Under the pieces are notes generated by a model that saw only the letters and a program-made list of their open reading frames with translations, was not told where the DNA came from and did no database searches. Of a stretch of DNA of 64,000 nt, positions 36,817-47,627 are shown one piece after another. Source of the stretch: Patescibacteria group bacterium (GTDB lineage: Bacteria > Patescibacteriota > Minisyncoccia > Phycocordibacterales > DATDWN01); assembly GCA_040384485.1 (NCBI GenBank), contig JAZKJH010000005.1, positions 3,375 through 67,374 of the forward strand. The letters run 5' to 3'. The stretch's first letter is position 1. Each line of letters opens with the position of its first letter. Position numbers and translations under genes: made by a program.

Positions 36817-36886
36817 GTCGCTTCTCCTTGTTGTGTTCTGGTGATACTATGACATAAAACTATAAAAAAGCAAATTAAAAACCACT

Positions 36887-37228
36887 TTATGAGTGGTTTG
36901 TTTTGAAAATAAGATCAGCTTTAGCTGCAACAATAAAATCATTGGGGGTAAGTCCCCTAGCTGCATGGGTCGTCAACGAAAGCTTCACGTATTTCCATTT
37001 GTAGATGGACATGTCTGGGTGATGACCTTCTGTCTCTGCAACCTCCGCTACAGCATTGAAAAATACTAGTGCCTCTTTGAAATTCTTGAAGGCAAAGCTT
37101 TTCTTAATCGACCTACCAACTTTCTTCCAGCCCAAAAGCTCTCCAAGATACTTTGCGGCCTCCGTGTTGCTCAAGGTGGGCATTCCTACTCGACAAACCT
37201 CGCACTTTTTTTGATGTAGTTTTTGCAT
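36887..37228 (-). CDS. Pterin-4a-carbinolamine dehydratase (PCD / DCoH)
   Basis: EGHHPD motif. 113 aa. Confidence 0.8.
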   Translation of the reverse strand: MQKLHQKKCEVCRVGMPTLSNTEAAKYLGELLGWKKVGRSIKKSFAFKNFKEALVFFNAVAEVAETEGHHPDMSIYKWKYVKLSLTTHAARGLTPNDFIVAAKADLIFKTNHS

Positions 37229-37295
37229 AGATTATTCCCTGATTAAAACTGTCCTTCCATAGCATATCGGTATCTAAATGAAAGTCAATAAATCC

Positions 37296-37631
37296 TTAAA
37301 GCACATTCAGATCCTCCAAAAGTTCTCTCTTAACTTCATCCGGAATAGCAGAATCTTTTTCTGGGTATTGAAATTTAAATTTATAGTGTTTTTCTTTCAA
37401 AATTTCCAACTTATTTAAAATCTCTGCAACTTTTTCTTTTCCCACCTCCTCTTCCAATTTGGAACTAACCGAGTAAGTTTCAATTATAAATATTCTACTA
37501 CCTAAACATGCCATCCAACTATTTTGAGTTCTAGCGAACTCAGATTCAATCGCCTCGGGAGAATTAGAGATTGTTTGTTGTAGTATCTCTAACCTACTCT
37601 CTTCTGGGGTCGTGATTTTTTCCATATCCAT
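37296..37631 (-). CDS. Hypothetical protein
   Basis: ORF of 111 aa with no recognisable motifs. Confidence 0.3.
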   Translation of the reverse strand: MDMEKITTPEESRLEILQQTISNSPEAIESEFARTQNSWMACLGSRIFIIETYSVSSKLEEEVGKEKVAEILNKLEILKEKHYKFKFQYPEKDSAIPDEVKRELLEDLNVL

Positions 37632-37785
37632 AATTTATATAAATATATCACTGATAAAGTGAATTATACTTAAAAAAATAATATTTGGAAGTATGTTACA
37701 ACACATCACCCTTATTTTTGAAAAAAGTAAAAAACTGGACCAAATGATTATTTTCCAGTAATCTGCTAACTAGATAAGGAGTGAC

Positions 37786-38211
37786 ATGTCAAACATTACA
37801 TCGCCGAGTCCGTTCGCGGTAGCCCTGAAAAAATTACTTGATGAAACTCAGTATTTTTCTCGTCCACAATGGGCTAGATTCCTTAGTGTTCCTGAGGAAA
37901 AAATAGAGGATTGGGTTAGTGACCGTGCCCTCCCAGTTTCTCATATTATGAAAGTGATAGTCGAGATACTGGAAGCTACTACTGGGACTAAGAAAGCTTT
38001 GAAAGACTTCGAAGAAATGTCCTCGATGTCATCCACAGAGGTTTCTCCTTTTGGTGAATTCATGTCACCAACTGTACAGGAATACCTAAACGTATCCCTA
38101 TTTGTTAGCTACCCAGAAAGACTCCGCACTCTTTCACCAGAGCAAAAGGTGCGAGTCCTGGGAGGAAGCTGGGATCCAGATGCAATAGAAACCTATCTAA
38201 AATCCCGATAG
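37786..38211 (+). CDS. Hypothetical protein
   Basis: ORF of 141 aa followed by a terminator. Confidence 0.35.
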   Translation: MSNITSPSPFAVALKKLLDETQYFSRPQWARFLSVPEEKIEDWVSDRALPVSHIMKVIVEILEATTGTKKALKDFEEMSSMSSTEVSPFGEFMSPTVQEYLNVSLFVSYPERLRTLSPEQKVRVLGGSWDPDAIETYLKSR

Positions 38212-38216
38212 AACAA

Positions 38217-38244
38217 ACACCCATCAAGTTGATGGGTGTTTTTT
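38217..38244. terminator. Bidirectional rho-independent terminator
   Basis: acacccatc-aagtt-gatgggtgt followed by tttttt. Confidence 0.65.
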
Positions 38245-38251
38245 AAAGAAT

Positions 38252-38656
38252 TTAGTGAATAATGCCAGACCTCGCTTGATGGTCCTTGGTATAACCACCT
38301 CTCCTTCTTTTATAATCAACAAAAAGATAAATTTCTAAAACTATGTACAAGATTGTGCTTGATATAACAAAAGAATAGCTGATTGATCCTTGCAAGATCA
38401 TAAAATAATAAACCATCCAAAAACCAAGAACACCGGTAACCACATCCATGATTTTATTTCCAAAAAGTTCAAATTCTCCAATATAAACTTCATATACTTC
38501 CCACGCCAGAGCCAAAATAAAATACATTAAAAATACTAACCAAAGATTTGACCAAATTTTAAATATCCATCCTGCAAAAACAACCCCTGACAAAAAATGA
38601 TTTACTGACCACAAATTCACGTATTTGCCTTCTTTAAGTGTGTTTAACAAACTCAT
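38252..38656 (-). CDS. Small integral membrane protein
   Basis: 134 aa with 4 TM helices. Confidence 0.4.
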   Translation of the reverse strand: MSLLNTLKEGKYVNLWSVNHFLSGVVFAGWIFKIWSNLWLVFLMYFILALAWEVYEVYIGEFELFGNKIMDVVTGVLGFWMVYYFMILQGSISYSFVISSTILYIVLEIYLFVDYKRRRGGYTKDHQARSGIIH

Positions 38657-38690
38657 GTTTATATTATAACAGTTCTAGAATTATCTACGG

Positions 38691-38704
38691 TGCGCGATCG
38701 ATGG
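38691..38704 (-). repeat. Copy of the tRNA-Asp 3' end (gcgcgatcgatggg), distal
   Basis: A 14-nt exact match to the 3' acceptor plus T-stem of tRNA-Asp. It contains the GCGATCGC palindrome. Confidence 0.55.
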
Positions 38705-38914
38705 GCTCGGTCAGGAATAAATTTTCTTTGAAAATTTTTCATGACCCTGCCTAGACTACGACCTTCGGCCGGCTCCGCGGTCTCCGGCTTTCGAGTTTTA
38801 AATCAGACTCGTTCAGGGATATTTTGCTCGTCGTCACACCACAAGAGTACTTCCAATTTCTAATCGCAAGGCTCAAGAAATTTAGGTCGCTCACAAAATT
38901 CCACAACCCTAGTG

Positions 38915-38928
38915 GGCGCGATCGATGG
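38915..38928 (-). repeat. Copy of the tRNA-Asp 3' end (gcgcgatcgatggg), proximal
   Basis: Same 14-mer. A perfect 10-bp hairpin (aaaattgtgt-cgtc-acacaatttt) lies next to it. Confidence 0.55.
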
Positions 38929-39096
38929 GAGTCTCTCCCTCGCCTTAAAATTGTGTCGTCACACAATTTTAGGCTGGGCACCGACTCGCGACCCAGTCTA
39001 CTGACTGTGTCCCCGCTCCGTCGTTCGAGTCCCGTACGCAAACCATGGTTTGCTCGAATCGGCAAAACAAAAAACGCCTAAGCGTTTTGTGTTTTG

Positions 39097-39170
39097 CGCG
39101 ATCGATGGGACTCGAACCCACGGCCTCGTCCGTGACAGGGACGCGCTCTAACCAGCTGAGCTACGACCGC
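39097..39170 (-). tRNA. tRNA-Asp (anticodon GUC)
   Basis: Cloverleaf: acceptor GCGGTCG/CGATCGC (one G-U pair), D-arm GCTC-AGCTGGTTA-GAGC, anticodon arm CGTCC-CTGTCAC-GGACG, T-arm GTGGG-TTCGAGT-CCCAT, discriminator G. Its own terminator hairpin is at 39071..39096. Confidence 0.8.
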
Positions 39171-39219
39171 ATTTTGGCACAAGTGAAATATAACAGATTT
39201 TTGGGCTGATATCAAATAT

Positions 39220-39783
39220 TTATTTTGACTGTTCCAGCCATTCTTTATGCCTATCTATTATCTTTCCTACAACCTCCTCGGGAGTAAATTCGTGTGTATC
39301 CAGGACCAGATCAAACCGATCCTCTTCCCACAAAACACCCTCGCCATATATTTTCTTATACCTTTCTCTGTTTATTGCGTCTCTTATTTTTATCTTGTCG
39401 AATATCTCCTTTTCAGTCATGTTTGGAAAATCCTTGGCTCGTCTCTTAGCTCTTACTTCTGGAGGACAGACCAAAAGCACGTGAAATGCATCAGGAGCAA
39501 AATGATGAACCAACCGGCCCTCAAACACTGCGTAATCTTGCTCAGCGAAGTGGCGAATCATGTTGTCACACAACTCATCCACTTTTTCTTCAGGATGGGA
39601 AAGACTATAAGCATTGAACTCGTCTATACTCATTCCTCTTTCTTTTGCTAGTTCCCGCATTATAGCTCCAGCATTTACCCACCTCCATGGTGAGATTCCC
39701 ATATGCTCGATAAATCTCCTAGAAGTTGTTGTGCTCCCTACCCCACTATCTGCCGTTATGGAGATTTGGTTTTTGAAAGTCAT
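39220..39783 (-). CDS. Cytidylate-kinase-like nucleoside-monophosphate kinase (family 2 / archaeal type)
   Basis: P-loop ITADSGVGSTTTSR. 187 aa. Confidence 0.55.
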   Translation of the reverse strand: MTFKNQISITADSGVGSTTTSRRFIEHMGISPWRWVNAGAIMRELAKERGMSIDEFNAYSLSHPEEKVDELCDNMIRHFAEQDYAVFEGRLVHHFAPDAFHVLLVCPPEVRAKRRAKDFPNMTEKEIFDKIKIRDAINRERYKKIYGEGVLWEEDRFDLVLDTHEFTPEEVVGKIIDRHKEWLEQSK

Positions 39784-39789
39784 TTTGGG

Positions 39790-39862
39790 TGTCGAGGGTG
39801 GGTTACGATCCCACTACCTTGGGCTTATGAGTCCCACGCTCTACCAATTGAGCTACCCCGAC
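39790..39862 (-). tRNA. tRNA with a CAU anticodon (Met family: elongator or initiator Met, or Ile2)
   Basis: Acceptor GTCGGGG/CCTCGAC, D-arm GCTC-AATTGGTA-GAGC, anticodon loop CTCATAA with GGG/CCC in the stem, T-arm GTGGG-ATCGTAA-CCCAC, discriminator A. Confidence 0.7.
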
Positions 39863-39958
39863 GATATAGGAAATATAGCAGAAAAAAGTTGAAAAACAAA
39901 GGCCCAGTATCCTAGTCCTATTGCTTACAAACCAAATATACTGTAGAATCCCTAACTA

Positions 39959-40027
39959 GCGGGATAGAGAAGCAGTATCTCGGTAGGCTCATAACCTGCA
40001 GACCCAGGTGCAAGTCCTGGTCCCGCA
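39959..40027 (+). tRNA. Atypical short tRNA-like gene with a CAU anticodon
   Basis: Acceptor GCGGGA/TCCCGC, anticodon arm GTAGG-CTCATAA-CCTGC, T-arm CCAGG-TGCAAGT-CCTGG, but only a 3-bp D-stem. A strong terminator follows. Confidence 0.4.
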
Positions 40028-40039
40028 ACAAGAAACAAC

Positions 40040-40066
40040 AAAACCCCGAAAGGGGTTTTGTTGTTT
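40040..40066 (+). terminator. Rho-independent terminator
   Basis: aaaaccccg-aaa-ggggtttt followed by gttgttt. The hairpin is the same sequence as the one at 431..457. Confidence 0.65.
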
Positions 40067-40109
40067 CTGAAAGTGGGAACAGAACCTCAGAAAGGGTGCT
40101 TTCTTTTAA

Positions 40110-41036
40110 CTAGATAATCCTAAACTCTTCAAATATTTCCTTGTATAAACCTATAATCCTCTTCGTCTCATGAGCACTTAGAAGGAAACTGACTCCGTCA
40201 TGAGCAATCCTGTTTCTTATCTTATGAGCCTCCCAAGCGTTCTCTACAGTAGTAAAGTCACTTTTCTCAACTGCTTTTAACTTATCCCCTATAGTATCTC
40301 CAGGTAAAGAAAGTTTATCTAACAAGTCCCCGAGCATGATGTCAGCCTCAAGAATAGAAAGTCTCCAATCACTTTCATTTCCAGAATGAGCATGCGCCAA
40401 CACTCTCTGCCATTGAGGATTCACAGCTTCGATCTCTGTATTTTCTTTTGGATAATATTTTTGCTCTTCCATTTCACCCAACTCTTTAAGCTTTTTGTAC
40501 AAGTAATGCAAAAGCAGAATGAGTCCGGCCGATAATATTACTGAAAAATATTTAAAATAGTTAAAAAAATTAAAAAATATTCTTTTTGCTTGCCCTACCA
40601 AGGAAGTGTCCGTTTGTATGTGGAGCAAATCTTTTTCCTTAACCCATCCAGATGTTCCGTTTGTGAATTGGATGTGCCAATATTTGGTACCCATTATAGA
40701 TACAGGTCCATCAATAATAAAACCGCGAGTTCCTTTTTTAACTACACCTTTTTCTACTCCACCTGGGCTACTATAAAGTACTGTTTCATCAGAGGTTTCT
40801 ACAGTATCTCCCTCCTTTGCAGAAGGTGAAGAAGAAAGAGGAGTGGCAGTAGTATAACCTCCCCCATCCCACTTAGGAATAATTCTACCTGAAGTCAGTA
40901 CTGACAAAAATCCGTTAATTAAATAAACTACTACCAACAAAACCAAGATTGCCCAAACTACATCTACAAAAGGATCACCAGTTCCGGTAGGAGCTTTTTC
41001 CTCTGGTTTCTTTTCTGGTTTTTTTGCTTCCGCCAT
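40110..41036 (-). CDS. Membrane-anchored protein with a central beta-rich domain and a C-terminal HEPN-like motif
   Basis: N-terminal TM helix, a second TM helix mid-protein, and a C-terminal AWEAHKIRNRIAHDG (Rx4H). Confidence 0.4.
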   Translation of the reverse strand: MAEAKKPEKKPEEKAPTGTGDPFVDVVWAILVLLVVVYLINGFLSVLTSGRIIPKWDGGGYTTATPLSSSPSAKEGDTVETSDETVLYSSPGGVEKGVVKKGTRGFIIDGPVSIMGTKYWHIQFTNGTSGWVKEKDLLHIQTDTSLVGQAKRIFFNFFNYFKYFSVILSAGLILLLHYLYKKLKELGEMEEQKYYPKENTEIEAVNPQWQRVLAHAHSGNESDWRLSILEADIMLGDLLDKLSLPGDTIGDKLKAVEKSDFTTVENAWEAHKIRNRIAHDGVSFLLSAHETKRIIGLYKEIFEEFRII

Positions 41037-41089
41037 ACTAATAGTATATAGCAGCTAGTATTGAGTTACTAGGGATTGCATAATTAAAA

Positions 41090-42514
41090 TTATTCTCCTC
41101 TAAATTTTTTACCAACTTCAAAAAATAAATGTTCGTTGTTGTGAGGTGCCATAAACTGTATTCCCAGAGGAAGTTGTTTCCCTTCTACTTCAACAAAACC
41201 TGAAGGTATAGAAATAGCTGGTATACCAACAATGTTCGCAGGTACTGTAAAAATATCCTGAACATATAGTGCCAAAGGATCGTTGGACTTCTCTCCTATT
41301 TTAAATGCTGGACCTGGGGTTGTTGGTGTGACTATTAAATCAACCTCCTTAAAAACCTCATTTATCTCATCACTAATTTTCTGTCTCAAAAGCAGGGCTT
41401 TGTTGTAATAAGCATCATGATACCCAGAAGAAAGTACGTATGTTCCCATGAGAATTCTTCTTCTAACTTCTTTACCAAAACCAGTGCCTTTTGTTTTCAT
41501 ATAGTCTTCTAACAAATTTTTACCCTCAACATGCAGACCGAACCTAACACCATCAAAGCGAGCTAGATTAGAAGACACTTCAGCCGGCATCAATATGTAA
41601 TATACCGCCAAAGAATATGAGATATTCGGTAGGTTTATTTCTTTAATTTCATAACCTATGTTCTTTAGTTTTTCTATTGATTGATTGAAAACTTCTTCAG
41701 CGTCTTTTTCCAACCCACCATTTTTAAATAAATGATAAGGAACACCTAGAACCATTTTTTCCTTCAGCGGTTTTTTAACATAGGTACTTTCGTCGAAAGT
41801 GGTACTGTCCATAGAATCCTTACCCTGAACAACATCAAAAAGAATTTCTGAATCAGTAACTGTTTTTGTAAATGGGCCTATAATATCTAGTGACGAACCC
41901 ATCGCCATAAGACCATGTCTTGAAATTCCCCCATAAGTAGGCTTCAGCCCGACTAAGCCACAAAAAGCTGCGGGCTCCCGCACTGATCCTCCGGTATCAG
42001 AACCAAAAGAAACTAGACTCATATCTCCCGCCACACTGGCAGCAGATCCACCCGAAGAACCTCCAGGAACTCTTTCTTCATCGACAGGGTTTCTGGTTAT
42101 TCCAAAAGCTGAGTTCTCAGTTGAACTGCCCATAGCAAACTCATCCATATTTGTTCGACCAATCAATACAGCTCCAGCATCTTTTAATTTTTTAACCAAA
42201 GTAGAATCATAAGGGGCAACAAAACCTTCCAGTATTTTTGAACCAGAGGTAGCTCTCTTTCCCTTTACTAAAATATTATCCTTTAGAGCAACTGGAATCC
42301 CAAGAAGTGGTAAATCTTCCCCTCTCTGTATTTTTTCATCGGCTGCTTCGGCTTGTTTCAATACATCATCATAAACTTCAAGAAAAACATTTAATCTCTG
42401 GTTATTTGCCTGGATAACATCCAAATATGCCTTGGCCAAATCCACTGCAGAAAATTCTTTCTGTTTCAATTTAAGCCTAGCTTCTTTGAGAGTAAGGTTT
42501 TTTAATTCAATCAT
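41090..42514 (-). CDS. gatA: Glu-tRNA(Gln) / Asp-tRNA(Asn) amidotransferase subunit A
   Basis: Amidase signature GGSSGGSAASVAG. 474 aa. Confidence 0.9.
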   Translation of the reverse strand: MIELKNLTLKEARLKLKQKEFSAVDLAKAYLDVIQANNQRLNVFLEVYDDVLKQAEAADEKIQRGEDLPLLGIPVALKDNILVKGKRATSGSKILEGFVAPYDSTLVKKLKDAGAVLIGRTNMDEFAMGSSTENSAFGITRNPVDEERVPGGSSGGSAASVAGDMSLVSFGSDTGGSVREPAAFCGLVGLKPTYGGISRHGLMAMGSSLDIIGPFTKTVTDSEILFDVVQGKDSMDSTTFDESTYVKKPLKEKMVLGVPYHLFKNGGLEKDAEEVFNQSIEKLKNIGYEIKEINLPNISYSLAVYYILMPAEVSSNLARFDGVRFGLHVEGKNLLEDYMKTKGTGFGKEVRRRILMGTYVLSSGYHDAYYNKALLLRQKISDEINEVFKEVDLIVTPTTPGPAFKIGEKSNDPLALYVQDIFTVPANIVGIPAISIPSGFVEVEGKQLPLGIQFMAPHNNEHLFFEVGKKFRGE

Positions 42515-42518
42515 TTTT

Positions 42519-42833
42519 TTACAGAATCTTTTTTACAACCAAGTAATTCTTGTCTCTTTTTGGAGCATTATTCAAAAGATCCTCTGTGTAGATTCCGGAC
42601 TCATTTGTCACCACATCTTCCCGCATTACATTGTGAAGTCCAGGTATTACTCGTTCAATATCACCTGTTACGCCTTTTATAACCCCAACATAGTCGAGTA
42701 TAGAGCCCATCTCTTTTGATAGGTTTTCCATCTCATCTTCAGAAACTTCTATTCTGGCCAAACTAGCTAGATTTTTTACTTCTTCCTTTGTGATCATTTG
42801 TAAAATATTAACACTTTTATAGGCATTAGTCAT
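42519..42833 (-). CDS. gatC: Glu-tRNA(Gln) amidotransferase subunit C
   Basis: ITKEEVKNLASLARIEVSEDEM... is GatC-like. The true start may be the internal Met at 42797. Confidence 0.7.
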   Translation of the reverse strand: MTNAYKSVNILQMITKEEVKNLASLARIEVSEDEMENLSKEMGSILDYVGVIKGVTGDIERVIPGLHNVMREDVVTNESGIYTEDLLNNAPKRDKNYLVVKKIL

Positions 42834-42863
42834 TTGACTTACTTCTTAATATATAGTTACATT

Positions 42864-43214
42864 ATGTTAGAAGCCATGATGGACAACACATTCGCTAAGC
42901 TCTTAAGAGACTCCAAAAGAGTCTCAGGAGTGAGAGAAAGGACACTGAAAACTGAGTTTAATGTAAGCTCAGTATCCACATTCAATAATTGGGAGAGCGG
43001 CGAAAGCTTTCCCAAAGAAGATCGAATACCGTTAATTGCTAGGGTTTACCAAGTCGATGAGAATCAACTTAGGCAGGCCCTTGAAGAGTCTAAATTAGCT
43101 CGCGAGGAAGAAAAAAGGGTTAGGCGAGGATTAAAAAGCCGGAATAAAGTCAAAATCTCGACTGAATATGACTTGTACCCCTATCCGGCTGCAGTAATGC
43201 CTCGTAGTTACTGA
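42864..43214 (+). CDS. Helix-turn-helix (XRE-like) DNA-binding protein
   Basis: FAKLLRDSKRVSGVRERTLKTEFNVSSVSTFNNWESG. The start is taken at the internal Met. The ORF-track start at 42834 would abut gatC. Confidence 0.4.
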   Translation: MLEAMMDNTFAKLLRDSKRVSGVRERTLKTEFNVSSVSTFNNWESGESFPKEDRIPLIARVYQVDENQLRQALEESKLAREEEKRVRRGLKSRNKVKISTEYDLYPYPAAVMPRSY

Positions 43215-43220
43215 AATTGA

Positions 43221-43253
43221 TCCGGGAACAGCAACGCTGTTCTCGGATTTTTT
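43221..43253 (+). terminator. Rho-independent terminator
   Basis: tccgggaacagc-aac-gctgttctcgga (one mismatch) followed by tttttt. Confidence 0.6.
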
Positions 43254-43265
43254 ATTTATCACACA

Positions 43266-45296
<2,031 letters not shown>

Positions 45297-45299
45297 TCA

Positions 45300-45779
45300 C
45301 TAGTAAGTAAGAGTAACACCTCTCTCAAAACGTCTTGGAGAGTTTATATCGCATGTGTTGTATCCACGAGAGTCAATGATAGTCATGTTTCCTGAATGCT
45401 TACCCACCCTCACTATCACACAACCTTTTGTAAAATTTAACTGAAAGGTGCTAGTAGCTGCACCCCCTATTCGACTACTTTGAGTTGGTATGGTGCTAAT
45501 ATCAGTTTGGGAGCCTGTGGTTATAGTCTGACCATTACAATTAATACTTGCTGCCACTGCATCTGTGGCAAAAGGACTTTCCTCACTATTAACTAGGTCC
45601 CAATACACAGCACATTCTGTACCTGCATCAGCTGCGTAAAAAGCATATTGTGATTGCTCATTAGCATCTGCAATAATAAGCTGTTTGTAAGCAATATTCA
45701 CCACAACAAAACTCACGATAAGAAGCATCGAAGTTGTTATGATAGCCACCAATAATGTAAAGCCTTTATTTTTCTTCAT
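45300..45779 (-). CDS. Type IV minor pilin / pseudopilin
   Basis: Class III signal NKGFTLLVAIITTS (G-F-T-L-hydrophobic-E/A prepilin motif). Confidence 0.65.
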   Translation of the reverse strand: MKKNKGFTLLVAIITTSMLLIVSFVVVNIAYKQLIIADANEQSQYAFYAADAGTECAVYWDLVNSEESPFATDAVAASINCNGQTITTGSQTDISTIPTQSSRIGGAATSTFQLNFTKGCVIVRVGKHSGNMTIIDSRGYNTCDINSPRRFERGVTLTY

Positions 45780-45780
45780 G

Positions 45781-46371
45781 TTATTCTCTGTTTAATAAAG
45801 TTTCTCTTACTTGAAAAAATTTTGTACCAGAATTTCCAGTCCAGCTTACCGTCACAACAACCCTCACCTCTCTGCCTGCAACCACATTCTCTAACTGTAC
45901 CTCGCGCTTAAAACGCGTCAGCGGCCAACTCGAATTGTACCCGTACAAACCATTACTTTCATTCTGTCTCATGTTTGTGGTACATGCGTTAGGAGCTGAT
46001 GATGTAATAGCGGCATCACCACAGTATGTAGCTGTTTGTGTTAATGAATCTATCTGACAAACCTTACCGAAGTAGCAAGGGTCAGTGCCGGCTTGTGCCA
46101 ATCCGTACAGCCACTGTCTAGAAGGAGTATTGCCTATTGATAATTCATGGAGAGAGTGCAGGACGTTGTTATCCCTTTTATTTTTTATACTTTCAACTGC
46201 CTGCTGAGCGAGATAAAAAGCTGTGATTTGATCTTTGGCGGTAGTAGAAAACCGAATACCGTTTTGAACAGCTGTAAATGTAGCGGTGATAGACAGTGAC
46301 AATATTGCTATAGCTACCAAAGTCTCTACCACTGTAAATCCTTTATTATTTTTTGAAAAAAATTTATTCAT
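45781..46371 (-). CDS. Type IV minor pilin / pseudopilin
   Basis: NNKGFTVVETLVAIAIL prepilin N-terminus. Confidence 0.7.
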   Translation of the reverse strand: MNKFFSKNNKGFTVVETLVAIAILSLSITATFTAVQNGIRFSTTAKDQITAFYLAQQAVESIKNKRDNNVLHSLHELSIGNTPSRQWLYGLAQAGTDPCYFGKVCQIDSLTQTATYCGDAAITSSAPNACTTNMRQNESNGLYGYNSSWPLTRFKREVQLENVVAGREVRVVVTVSWTGNSGTKFFQVRETLLNRE

Positions 46372-46373
46372 AT

Positions 46374-46958
46374 TTATTGAAAATCAAATGTTCTTTGGGA
46401 AACTTCCGTTTGCAATGTAAAATCTGACCTACTGCTAGGCTTGTCCCCTGAATATCCGCGAATTACGATAATTACCATAGGTTGTACGACGTTATTTACC
46501 CCTCCACCATATGGAGGAGAGCCTAAAACCCAAAATGTAAGGTCAGTTATATTCATATCTTCTGAGGTCAGGTAATACTCGGCACCTCCATCAATCGTAC
46601 GGACAATTCTTTCATTTTCATCATCTAAATAATAAGCAATTTGTTTTCCGTCTGACGAACGCACCTCCAGAGAGGGTCCTCCGCTGGCACCAAAACAATC
46701 CAGTGGTTGAGTTCTTGTGCCAACCGTTATGTCACAGTGGTAGTTAGTACCAAATCTAATATTTCTAACCATTGATTCCATAGTTAGACTCACATTGTCC
46801 ATAACAGTTCGAAGGCTTTGAGATTTTCTGTTGGAATCAAAAATACTAATAATTGCTCCGGCACTAATAACCATAATAACTGCAAATATAGAAACTGCCA
46901 CCATTATTTCTATCAGTGTGAATCCTTTATTATTTTTTAGTGATTTTTTCTGCAACAT
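46374..46958 (-). CDS. Type IV minor pilin / pseudopilin
   Basis: NNKGFTLIEIMVAVSIF prepilin N-terminus. Confidence 0.7.
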   Translation of the reverse strand: MLQKKSLKNNKGFTLIEIMVAVSIFAVIMVISAGAIISIFDSNRKSQSLRTVMDNVSLTMESMVRNIRFGTNYHCDITVGTRTQPLDCFGASGGPSLEVRSSDGKQIAYYLDDENERIVRTIDGGAEYYLTSEDMNITDLTFWVLGSPPYGGGVNNVVQPMVIIVIRGYSGDKPSSRSDFTLQTEVSQRTFDFQ

Positions 46959-46970
46959 GGATTTAAAAAT

Positions 46971-47627
46971 CTAATTCATATTAACTAACACTTGCCCCGT
47001 GCTTTCTATAGTAATAACGAGCTCAGTACCTTGTGGCGAAACTAAAACAATCTGACTTGTTAAAGGATCGGCATAAAATAAACCACTATTCGACAAACGT
47101 ATGTTCGCGTCTGGGTTCGGTCGCAAAAATGTAACACTCATTGCGTTAAAACTACTAGTTGCTGGTGCACATACAGGTGCTCCTATGCTCGGCACGCTGC
47201 ACAACCTACTAATCCTGATGCCATTTCTCAGTGCAAACCTCTGAACGCACTCAGTACTAGGTGCACCACAGACAGAACCTATCCCATACATCTTATCTGC
47301 GACCACATCCGCAAAAAGATAATAACTGGTCGGATCAGAAAGAGTAAAATATGTCCCATACCCAGAAGAAAAACTTCCTGGCGAGCTGGTTAATTCTCTC
47401 ACACTCAAACCATAAGTCTGAGCTTGTCTTATTGTTACAGCTATTTCCTGCCCTGCTGCAGTTAAAGCGAGTCTGTCAGTGAATCGTCCATAATTATACA
47501 GCACGACCACCATCATAACAGTTACTATAGATATAGAAACTAGCACTTCTACTAAAGTAAAGCCTTTAATGGCTGTGTCACTATTTGGCTGTAATTTTTT
47601 TATAAACATATTAACCAGTAAGAACAC
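46971..47627 (-). CDS. Type IV minor pilin / pseudopilin
   Basis: AIKGFTLVEVLVSISIV prepilin N-terminus. Confidence 0.65.
   Translation of the reverse strand: MFLLVNMFIKKLQPNSDTAIKGFTLVEVLVSISIVTVMMVVVLYNYGRFTDRLALTAAGQEIAVTIRQAQTYGLSVRELTSSPGSFSSGYGTYFTLSDPTSYYLFADVVADKMYGIGSVCGAPSTECVQRFALRNGIRISRLCSVPSIGAPVCAPATSSFNAMSVTFLRPNPDANIRLSNSGLFYADPLTSQIVLVSPQGTELVITIESTGQVLVNMN

Noticed and set aside
38751-39081. ORFs 38751..39065 (-) and 38824..39081 (+) in the region downstream of tRNA-Asp.
   Set aside because: They are Arg/Ser/Pro-rich translations of GC-rich non-coding DNA. They overlap each other and the tRNA-end repeats and hairpins, and they have no start context.
38680-39100. Possible tmRNA (ssrA) in the structured non-coding stretch next to tRNA-Asp.
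   Set aside because: I could not fold a tRNA-like domain with a proper T-arm and CCA-adjacent acceptor. No tag-peptide reading frame ending in a typical ...AA-stop is visible. The tRNA-like pieces are exact copies of the tRNA-Asp 3' end and so are better explained as att-scars.
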